Source: an uncultured Lachnospiraceae bacterium
GTDB lineage: Bacteria > Bacillota > Clostridia > Lachnospirales > Lachnospiraceae
Length of the DNA stretch: 32,000 nucleotides
NCBI GenBank assembly: GCA_963927335.1
Contig: CAWVAJ010000011.1
Span: forward strand, 19,513-51,512
Reading direction: 5' to 3'
Shown: one piece after another, positions 25,900 to 32,000 of the stretch
How positions within the stretch are numbered: the stretch's first letter is position 1
How the letters are laid out: every line of letters begins with the position of its first letter
Position numbers and translations under genes: made by a program
The notes under the pieces: model-generated
Databases searched by the model: none
Told to the model about the DNA's origin: nothing
What the model saw: only the letters and a program-made list of their open reading frames with translations

Positions 25900-26919
25900 T
25901 TAGTTCGCCCGTATTTCCTGCCGCATAAAGCCGATGTAGGAAAGTCCGAAGGTAATCAGCATCATCGCCGCCAGACCTACCAGATGGGGCCATACCAGCA
26001 GCAGGCTCTGCCCGAAGCTCAGATAGCCGGAGATCGCGCCCACCAGCTGATCCATGGTCACCGCGTTGATGGCGCGCACCGTGGGGTTCATAATCGTGGA
26101 CACCGCTTCGCTGTAGAGATAATAGGGAGAAATCCGGTTCATCCCAATCTCCAACGTGTAATTCCCCATGGAATTGACCAGGGCCTCATAGTCGTTGGTC
26201 ATGGGGTACACCGCGTTGGCCACAATGCTGGCCACCAGACTCATGAAGATCGCGAAGAAGATCCACACGGCGATGGACGCCAGGGCCGAAGTGGCCGTAT
26301 GCCTGCACAGCACCGAAAAGAGGATGGACAGCGCCAGCCAGAAGGAGATGTACACGACGGTAAAAAAGAGAAATACAAAAATCCGCATCACTTCTTCTGT
26401 CTCCGGCACCAGTCCCGTGGCGTACATGCCGATGGCTCCGATGGCGATTCCCATGGAGAATACCATCATGGCAATGACCGCCGTTCCGGCCAGAAATTTC
26501 CCGATAATAATGGAATCCCGGTAAATCGGCTGGGCTACCAGCCGGTTCAGGGTTCCGCCGCTGCGCTCGCTGTTGATGGCGTCAAAGCCAAGGGCAAGCC
26601 CCACGATGGGCCCCAGGAGCGCGATAAAGGAGGTGAAGGAGGGAATGGAGCTTCCCCCTGAGGTATACAGTTTCAGGAAGATAAAATTACTGTCGCTCTC
26701 CAACGCCTCCGAAAGACCTGAGATGGAGCCGTACAGACTGGCAAAGCTGGTCACTACAATCAAAAAAACAATGATCAGGAACCGTCTGCTGTGCAGATGG
26801 TCTCCCAGCTCTTTGCAAAACAGCGCATGGCGGCCCGTGGCAGATCTAGGCTTTTGCTTTTGAAGGCTTCCGGAATCTGAAGCCCTTCTTTTTTTCTTTG
26901 CCAAACTGATTTCTTTCAT
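25900..26919 (-). CDS. ABC-2 type transporter permease
   Basis: The first plausible start is the ATG at 26917-26919 (MKEISLAKKKRRASD...ALFCKELGDHLHSRRFLIIVF). There are six predicted TM segments. No in-frame start codon lies downstream of the ATPase stop, so the two genes overlap by 74 nt. Confidence 0.8.
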   Translation of the reverse strand: MKEISLAKKKRRASDSGSLQKQKPRSATGRHALFCKELGDHLHSRRFLIIVFLIVVTSFASLYGSISGLSEALESDSNFIFLKLYTSGGSSIPSFTSFIALLGPIVGLALGFDAINSERSGGTLNRLVAQPIYRDSIIIGKFLAGTAVIAMMVFSMGIAIGAIGMYATGLVPETEEVMRIFVFLFFTVVYISFWLALSILFSVLCRHTATSALASIAVWIFFAIFMSLVASIVANAVYPMTNDYEALVNSMGNYTLEIGMNRISPYYLYSEAVSTIMNPTVRAINAVTMDQLVGAISGYLSFGQSLLLVWPHLVGLAAMMLITFGLSYIGFMRQEIRAN

Positions 26920-27871
26920 CACTCTGTCCCGCCTTTTCAAAATAACGTCTGTAAATTTCATCCAGATCTCCGCCCCGCTGATGGAGATGAAGGATCGTGT
27001 ATCCACTCTCGCCCAGGAACCTGGACAGCTCCGCCCGGATATCCTTTCGGGAGTGGATCAAAAGCAGATCTCCCTGCTTTTCTATGCTTTCAATGCCCTG
27101 CTGGGACTGGAGCATTCCCAGCAGCCTGTCGTCGCAGGGCGCCGCTCCCAGTTCCAGTTCAAAATGTCCGTCCTTGCGGATGTGGTCTTCCAGTTCCTTG
27201 AGGTTTCCGCAGGCAATCAGCTTTCCCTCCACGAAAATTCCTACCCGGTCGCAGATCTGCTGGATCTGGTGCAGCTGGTGGGAGGAAATCAAAAGCGTAC
27301 GCCCGTCCTCCTGGGAGAGTTCCCGCATCAGGTTCAAAAGCTCCCGCATTCCTTCCGGGTCGATGCCCAGCGTCGGCTCATCCATAATGATCACTTCCGG
27401 ATCTTTTATCAGGACGTCCGCGATGCCCAGCCTCTGCCGCATTCCTTTGGAATAGGTAGACGCTTTCTGATCTGCCGCCTCTGTCATCCCAACCCGTTCC
27501 AGGAGGGAATCCATTCTTTTTTCCAGTTCTTCTCCTCCAAGCCCGTTGAGCCGGCCGGTGAACCTGAGATTCTGTCTCCCCGTCATATCCCCGTAGAAGC
27601 CTACGTTATCCGGAAGATAACCCACGACGGATTTTACGGCCAGGGGATCCTTGGTGCAGTCCTTCCCGTTGATGGAGGCCCTGCCCGCGCTTGGCTCGGT
27701 CAATCCCAGGAGCATCAGAATCGTAGTCGTCTTCCCGGCTCCGTTGGGTCCCAGCAGTCCGAAGGCTTCCCCTTTTCTCAGGGTGAGGTTCAGGTCGTTC
27801 ACCGCTATTTTGGACCCATAGCGCTTGGTCAGATGCTCGGTGACAATTACCGCCTCATTCTTCTGTACCAT
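26846..27871 (-). CDS. ABC transporter ATP-binding protein (ABC-2/DrrA-like, with C-terminal accessory domain)
   Basis: 341 aa. Walker A GPNGAGKTT, signature YSKGMRQRL, Walker B VIIMDEPTLGIDP, H-loop ISSHQL. Confidence 0.92.
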   Translation of the reverse strand: MVQKNEAVIVTEHLTKRYGSKIAVNDLNLTLRKGEAFGLLGPNGAGKTTTILMLLGLTEPSAGRASINGKDCTKDPLAVKSVVGYLPDNVGFYGDMTGRQNLRFTGRLNGLGGEELEKRMDSLLERVGMTEAADQKASTYSKGMRQRLGIADVLIKDPEVIIMDEPTLGIDPEGMRELLNLMRELSQEDGRTLLISSHQLHQIQQICDRVGIFVEGKLIACGNLKELEDHIRKDGHFELELGAAPCDDRLLGMLQSQQGIESIEKQGDLLLIHSRKDIRAELSRFLGESGYTILHLHQRGGDLDEIYRRYFEKAGQSDERNQFGKEKKKGFRFRKPSKAKA

Positions 27872-27873
27872 AG

Positions 27874-29112
27874 TTACCGTCTCCCATACTTCTTAAAGAT
27901 AAATGCCAGGGCCAGTACCAGAACCACAACGATGCACACCGCTACCACGCCCCAGGTGGTGGACGTCTGGACAGAGACTCTGAACTCCGCCGTATCCGAT
28001 ACTTCATCGTTGCTGAGGGTAATCGTAGTCACATAATCTCCTGTGATCGCGTCCTGGTTCGGCGTAATATAGGCTGTGATCTCCTTGGTCGCTCCGGCTT
28101 CCAGCGTATCAATGGTAGACTCGTCAAAGCGAACTTCCCAGTCTGTGGGCGCGGAGGACGTAAGGTTCAGGTTCGTCAGATCCACGTTTCCGGTGTTGGT
28201 GATGCTGAGGGTCAGCGCTTTTTCCCGGTTGGCCTGAGCGTCCAGGCTGAGATTTCCGGTGGGCGTGGAGAGATCTACGCCGTAAGTTCCCGTAATCGTC
28301 ACCTGAAGGTCCGCGCTCAAAGAATCCTCTGCCGAGGTGGCGGAACAGGGAATGGTATAATCTCCGGTCTCAACTCCCTGAGGCGGAGTCACGGTCACGG
28401 TCACGCCCTGGCTGGAGCCGGCTTCCACACTGAGGCTCGCCACATTCGTGGATTCTCCGGAAGGCGTAAAGGTTGCCTGCCATCCGGAAGGCGTCTCAGC
28501 GGAAAGGCTGTAAGACTGCTCGGTGCTCTTGTTGTTCACCAGCGTCATCTCAAAGGTGAAGGTGGTGCCGGTGGCTCCCTGCTGCTCCGGATATTCGGAG
28601 GTGAAGCTGCTCTGTCCTACTTCTACCTGACCGACTTCCACTTCCAGGCTGAGGGCGGACTGCACGCCTTCTCCCGCGTCGGCGCCAAGCTCAATGGTGT
28701 ACTCGCCCTCCTCCGCCGTTTCCGGAATGGTCAGGCTGAAGGATGCCAGCGCGCTGTCCGTCAGCGCGGATTCCCCGTCGATATGTACCTTGCTGATCTG
28801 GCTGTCTCCGCCCTGGAAGTAGCCCTCCCAGCCTTCGGGAATCGATTCCACGGAAAGGGCGGCGTCATAGGCTTCCCCGTCCAGGCTGGCAAAATCCAGG
28901 TCAAAGGATACGGTCTCTCCCGCCAGAGCCGTAATGCCCGGATAGGCCGTACTCATGAGGATCCCCTCCCCCGCGGCTTCCGTTCTCACAAGCACCTCTT
29001 CTGATTCTTCCTCTGCAGCCAGCGCGGAAGCAGACAGTACAGACGCAGCCAGGAAAGAAGCGGCCATCAGTCCCATGCCAGTCCTTCTTCCCAGTTTCTT
29101 CACACGTTTCAT
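27874..29112 (-). CDS. Type I membrane/surface protein with three NEW3/CARDB-like Ig-fold repeats (COG1470-like)
   Basis: The likely start is the ATG at 29110-29112 (MKRVKKLGRRTGMGLMAASFLAASVLSASALA, a signal peptide). An ATG two codons upstream is too close to the GGAG. Three repeats each carry P-x-GW and G-[DE]-Y-T motifs. A C-terminal TM anchor is followed by KKYGRR. Confidence 0.78.
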   Translation of the reverse strand: MKRVKKLGRRTGMGLMAASFLAASVLSASALAAEEESEEVLVRTEAAGEGILMSTAYPGITALAGETVSFDLDFASLDGEAYDAALSVESIPEGWEGYFQGGDSQISKVHIDGESALTDSALASFSLTIPETAEEGEYTIELGADAGEGVQSALSLEVEVGQVEVGQSSFTSEYPEQQGATGTTFTFEMTLVNNKSTEQSYSLSAETPSGWQATFTPSGESTNVASLSVEAGSSQGVTVTVTPPQGVETGDYTIPCSATSAEDSLSADLQVTITGTYGVDLSTPTGNLSLDAQANREKALTLSITNTGNVDLTNLNLTSSAPTDWEVRFDESTIDTLEAGATKEITAYITPNQDAITGDYVTTITLSNDEVSDTAEFRVSVQTSTTWGVVAVCIVVVLVLALAFIFKKYGRR

Positions 29113-29256
29113 ATCCATGTACTCCTTTCTCGACCGCCTGTTTTCTCTTCTCCGAAGCTCCTGCTTTGCGCTTCGGGTCGCGTTTCGCGGCCTGTCTTGG
29201 CGGTTCCTTACTCTACTGGAATACTTTAGAAAATATTTGTGTTTCTCTATTGAAAA

Positions 29257-29275
29257 TCTTATGATTTTCTTATGA
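29257..29275. promoter_or_regulatory. Two direct repeats TCTTATGA with 11-bp phasing, upstream of the NEW3/ABC-2 operon
   Basis: 29257-29264 and 29268-29275 are identical 8-mers one helical turn apart (TCATAAGA on the coding strand). TGAAAAT recurs at 29251 and 29284, which is 33 bp apart. Confidence 0.45.
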
Positions 29276-29322
29276 AAGTTCTGTGAAAATCCTGTGTCCT
29301 TGGATCCGGGGTCCACGGACGC

Positions 29323-29361
29323 AAAAAAACCGGAGAAGACAGACGTTTCTATCCTCTCCGG
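29323..29361 (-). terminator. Intrinsic terminator after the 83-aa membrane-protein gene
   Basis: Minus strand: CCGGAGA..loop..TCTCCGG (29330-29336 pairs with 29355-29361), followed by TTTTTTT. Confidence 0.75.
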
Positions 29362-29378
29362 CAATCTACAGAACCGCT

Positions 29379-29630
29379 TTATTCCTCTTCGTTGAGATCC
29401 GCCGCGAAATCGTCCAGCGCGGATGTGTTCACGGTATAGCTGGGAAGCTCCGCATTGGGATCCGGGGCGTTCACCGCGTAGTAAACGGAAGCTCCGATCC
29501 AGGCTACGAAAGCCAGCGCCACTACGGACAGTCCGGCCTTCACCGCCATCCACTCTCTCTTCTGCTTCTTCATAATCTTCTCGCGGTTGCGCTTCTCTTC
29601 TTTATAACGGTCAACTTTTTCCTGACTCAT
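29379..29630 (-). CDS. Hypothetical 83-aa single-pass membrane protein
   Basis: A K/R/E-rich N-terminus, TM segment WMAVKAGLSVVALAFVAWIGASVYY and an acidic tail. It has an AAAGGAGTG RBS and its own terminator. Confidence 0.6.
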   Translation of the reverse strand: MSQEKVDRYKEEKRNREKIMKKQKREWMAVKAGLSVVALAFVAWIGASVYYAVNAPDPNAELPSYTVNTSALDDFAADLNEEE

Positions 29631-29757
29631 CCCTTGTCACTCCTTTTTCCAAATACTCACGGCCGTTCCCCTCTTTCCCGCAGACCCTTCGGTTCTGTCT
29701 GGGGAACCCACATGCTATTTAGTATACACGAATTCAGGAATTATTCAAGGCTTTTCT

Positions 29758-30597
29758 TCAGATCACCACTACGACGCCGCCGTCGTTGGCATACATGGTG
29801 GTAATCCCGGCGGAATCCAGAAGAATGACGTCCTTCACCGGAATCCGCTCCAGAATCGCGTCCCGCACCATCTTCGCCCGGTCCGGGCAGTTGCAGTGAG
29901 ACAGGGCCAGCACTTTCTCTTCCGGATTCTCCACATCCTCCGCCAGATAGTTTACCAGCTTCACCAGAGCCTTGTTGATGCCTCTGGCCTGATCCAGCTG
30001 CACGATGGTCCCTTCCGGAGTGGCTTTCATCACCGGCTTGATCTTCAGCGCGGAGGCTACGAAGGCCTTGAGGTTGCTGAGTCTTCCGTTCTTTCTCAGG
30101 GTTTCCAGATTTTCCAGTACAAAATAGGTGTTCTGTCCGTCGATGTAGGACTCTACGGTCTCCACCAGCTGCTCAAACTCCATTCCCGCCTCTTCGCATT
30201 CCTGAATCTTCCGGGTGATCAGCGTCTCTCCAATGGACGCGGAGCGGGAATTGAAAACGTGGATCTTCATCTCCGGCTTCTCCTCCAGCAGCAGCTTCCT
30301 GGCCAGCATGGCGCTGTTGTAGGATCCGCTGAGTTCCGCGGAAAGCGTCACCGCGTAAGCCCGCTCGGTTCCCTGGTCGAAGGCATCCTTATAATAATCC
30401 GGAGAGGGACAGGCGGATTTGGGGCAGTTCGGGCTGGCTGCGATTTTCCTGAGAAAATCCGCCTGGTCAAAGGTATCGTCATCCACGAAAGAATATTCAT
30501 CCAGCTGCATGGTCAGGGGCGCTGAGACAATTCTCGGATCCTGCTTCATCTCCTGGGTGCGCTCGCCGCAGCTGTCCATTACGATTGTATAGCTCAT
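29758..30597 (-). CDS. DegV family (FakB-like) fatty-acid-binding protein
   Basis: 279 aa. IVMDSCGE..LSAELSGSYNSA..IHVFNSRSASIGE..TLRKNGRLS..ALKIKPVM. Typical DegV layout. Confidence 0.9.
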   Translation of the reverse strand: MSYTIVMDSCGERTQEMKQDPRIVSAPLTMQLDEYSFVDDDTFDQADFLRKIAASPNCPKSACPSPDYYKDAFDQGTERAYAVTLSAELSGSYNSAMLARKLLLEEKPEMKIHVFNSRSASIGETLITRKIQECEEAGMEFEQLVETVESYIDGQNTYFVLENLETLRKNGRLSNLKAFVASALKIKPVMKATPEGTIVQLDQARGINKALVKLVNYLAEDVENPEEKVLALSHCNCPDRAKMVRDAILERIPVKDVILLDSAGITTMYANDGGVVVVI

Positions 30598-30738
30598 AGT
30601 GACCTCCTGATATTCGTTCTGGAATTATCCAGCCATAAAAACGTGTTTTTAAAATCTGATTATGTAGTAATCAATACCAGATAATCATAGCATATACATT
30701 CTATTTTGAAAAGGGGGAATTTCCCCGGAAAGGCCGGC

Positions 30739-30767
30739 TTTACATTTTCTTTTTCCTGCTTTATACT
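30739..30767 (+). promoter_or_regulatory. Putative promoter of the 167-aa gene
   Basis: TTTACA (30739-30744), 17 nt, TATACT (30762-30767). Confidence 0.55.
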
Positions 30768-30800
30768 ACTGGGAGAATAAAATGGGAAGGAGGCCCTTTT

Positions 30801-31304
30801 TTGCAGCTTTTTCAGATTCAGGACACCCGTGATTTTATGAAAAAACTTCTGGTCACAGAGGATTTTGACTCCTTTCTTCTCCGGGAAGCTTCCGTAACCA
30901 CCTTCTGCACCTTTCAGGTGGACGGAACGTACCATCCGGAATTTTTTTGCGATGCCGAAAGGGAAGACGGCCCCGGCGCTTACCCTTACGCCTCCTGGGG
31001 AAAGATCCGGCCTCTCTTCTGGGATCTGATCAAAGGAAAGCATACGCCTCTGAGTTTCCGGATTATCTTCCGCCTGGCGCCCCACAATGTGGAAACGCTT
31101 TTAAGGCAGTCCGGCCTCTCCCTTCGGCCGGAGGACATTGACGGACTCTTTCTGAACATCAGCTATGAGAACGGCAGCCTCCTGTGTACCAGCGGCGTTT
31201 CCATGAAGCTTTTTACCCTGGACAAATCTTTAGAGCGATCCTGGGACGAAACCCTGCAGAAATTTTTCCGGCAGAAGCAGATCCCTTTTGTTAGCACTCG
31301 TTAA
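30801..31304 (+). CDS. Conserved hypothetical protein (167 aa)
   Basis: TTG start with a GGAAGGAGG RBS 7 nt upstream. The coding-like frame runs opposite to a shadow ORF. I cannot name a motif. It terminates inside the CIRCE hairpin. Confidence 0.7.
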   Translation: MQLFQIQDTRDFMKKLLVTEDFDSFLLREASVTTFCTFQVDGTYHPEFFCDAEREDGPGAYPYASWGKIRPLFWDLIKGKHTPLSFRIIFRLAPHNVETLLRQSGLSLRPEDIDGLFLNISYENGSLLCTSGVSMKLFTLDKSLERSWDETLQKFFRQKQIPFVSTR

Positions 31305-31317
31305 AAACGAGTGCTAA
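31291..31317. promoter_or_regulatory. CIRCE element (HrcA operator), perfect consensus
   Basis: TTAGCACTC-GTTAAAAAC-GAGTGCTAA matches TTAGCACTC-N9-GAGTGCTAA exactly. It is followed by TTTTTT (31318-31323), so it also has the form of an intrinsic terminator. It contains the TAA stop of the upstream gene. Confidence 0.85.
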
Positions 31318-31324
31318 TTTTTTC

Positions 31325-31353
31325 TTGACTTTTTGCCGCCCCGGTATTAAGAT
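31325..31353 (+). promoter_or_regulatory. Putative htpG promoter
   Basis: TTGACT (31325-31330), 17 nt, TAAGAT (31348-31353). About 40 nt upstream of the htpG ATG. Confidence 0.45.
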
Positions 31354-31392
31354 AGGGGCAGGCTGAAAAAGCATAGAAAAGGAGTGGGTTTG

Positions 31393-32000
31393 ATGAGCAA
31401 AAAAACTGGAAGTCTTTCCATTAACAGTGAAAATATCTTTCCGATTATCAAAAAGTGGCTGTATTCCGACCACGACATTTTCGTCCGGGAGATGATCTCC
31501 AACGGCTGCGACGCCATTACGAAGCTGGGCAAGCTGGAGGTTATGGGCGAGTACTCTTACCCGGAGGATTACAAGAAAAAAATCGACGTGATCGTAAACC
31601 CGGAGGAAAAGACGCTCAAATTCATCGATACCGGTCTTGGGATGACCGCGGAGGAGGTAGAGGAATACATTACGCAGATCGCTTTCTCCGGAGCTACGGA
31701 TTTCCTGAGCAAGTATAAGGACAAGACGACGGAGGACGAGATCATCGGTCATTTCGGCCTGGGCTTTTATTCCGCTTTTATGGTGGCGGACGAGGTTCAT
31801 ATTGACACCCTTTCTTATAAAGAAGGCGCGGCTCCCGTACACTGGGAATGCGACGGCGGCACCGAGTACACGCTGGAGGAGGGGAGCAAGAATACGGTAG
31901 GAACCGAGATCACGCTCTTCCTGGGCGAGGACAGCGTAGAGTTCGCCAATGAATACCGCATGAGAGAGATCATTGAAAAATACTGCTCCTTCATGCCGGT
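31393..32000 (+). CDS. htpG: Molecular chaperone HtpG (Hsp90), N-terminal part, continues beyond window end
   Basis: Not in the ORF track because there is no stop in the window. MSKKTGSLSINSENIFPIIKKWLYSDHDIFVREMISNGCDAITKL..FIDTGLGMTAEEV..IGHFGLGFYSAFMVADEV (GHKL ATPase motifs). AAAGGAG RBS. Confidence 0.93.
   Translation, partial: MSKKTGSLSINSENIFPIIKKWLYSDHDIFVREMISNGCDAITKLGKLEVMGEYSYPEDYKKKIDVIVNPEEKTLKFIDTGLGMTAEEVEEYITQIAFSGATDFLSKYKDKTTEDEIIGHFGLGFYSAFMVADEVHIDTLSYKEGAAPVHWECDGGTEYTLEEGSKNTVGTEITLFLGEDSVEFANEYRMREIIEKYCSFMP

Noticed and set aside
26981-28036. 351-aa plus-strand ORF, with the related ORFs 25984..26661 and 26195..26524
   Set aside because: Antisense shadows of the ABC ATPase and permease genes.
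28380-28640. Short tandem DNA repeats (GTCACG x2.5; repeated CTTCCA/CTACTT units) inside the NEW3 gene
   Set aside because: They simply encode TVTVT and EVEVGQVEVGQ linker peptides. They are too short and irregular to be a CRISPR array or a phase-variation tract.
29113-29200. CGCAAAGC segment in the NEW3-operon leader, reminiscent of the c-di-GMP-I (GEMM-I) riboswitch core
   Set aside because: Only this short string matches. The first-hairpin GGCAAAC-type motif and the overall two-hairpin GEMM architecture and length are missing.
27874-29553. N-terminal extensions in the ORF track: 559 aa here, and likewise 5581..6213, 7117..7593, 17315..18433, 18348..19658, 25530..25826, 25900..27006, 21568..21786 and 11184..12368
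   Set aside because: The extensions run through promoters, terminators or leaders and lack an RBS. Internal ATGs with good RBSs give canonical N-termini (signal peptides, or MAK... ribosomal starts).
30660-31085. 141-aa minus-strand ORF
   Set aside because: It spans a divergent promoter region and overlaps the plus-strand 167-aa gene. There is no RBS and the sequence is implausible.
31291-31842. 183-aa minus-strand ORF
   Set aside because: Antisense to the htpG N-terminus, whose GHKL motifs are clear. It also begins inside the CIRCE/terminator.

Overview
Chromosomal segment of a moderately GC-rich Firmicute. Gene content and codon usage look Clostridia/Lachnospiraceae-like, but the taxon is inference. 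All protein calls rest on motifs I recognise in the translations; no database search was possible. Nearly all genes are on the minus strand.

- **1-8.6 kb:** the conserved rpmG-secE-nusG-rplK-rplA-rplJ-rplL-rpoB-rpoC cluster. rpoC runs off the left edge and is missing from the ORF track. The cluster has readable sigma-A promoters, an L10-leader-type attenuator and an rplL-rpoB attenuator.
- **8.7-13.6 kb:** YsnB-like phosphoesterase, RdgB, a secreted papain-like C1 peptidase, a THUMP RNA methyltransferase, YfcE, a rhodanese and a 60-aa low-complexity protein.
- **13.9-19.8 kb:** an arabino-oligosaccharide operon (binding protein, two permeases, GH51 arabinofuranosidase, LacI regulator) behind a consensus promoter flanked by twin GTACACGTGTAC operators.
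- **19.9-21.5 kb:** an LCP protein and two divergent tRNA-Leu genes, one CAG and one with an unusual AAG anticodon.
- **21.5-31.3 kb:** a more accessory stretch.
  - An XRE repressor with a divergent 50-aa gene, a NahK-like kinase, and an aldo/keto reductase with a 4Fe-4S tail.
  - A split ChrA pair preceded by a stand-alone FakA-middle-domain mini-protein.
  - An ABC-2 exporter operon led by a three-repeat NEW3/CARDB-like surface protein.
  - An 83-aa membrane protein, DegV and a conserved hypothetical.
- **31.4-32 kb:** htpG runs off the right edge and is also missing from the ORF track. It is preceded by a perfect CIRCE element.

No rRNA, CRISPR array, transposase, integrase or recognisable defence gene was seen.

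The most interesting unannotated signals are:
- an orphan consensus promoter driving a roughly 155-nt C-rich candidate sRNA (13.66-13.85 kb);
- the A34 tRNA-Leu;
- the CIRCE that doubles as a terminator;
- the uncharacterised NEW3/ABC-2 operon with 11-bp-phased direct repeats;
- the FakA-fragment/ChrA operon.
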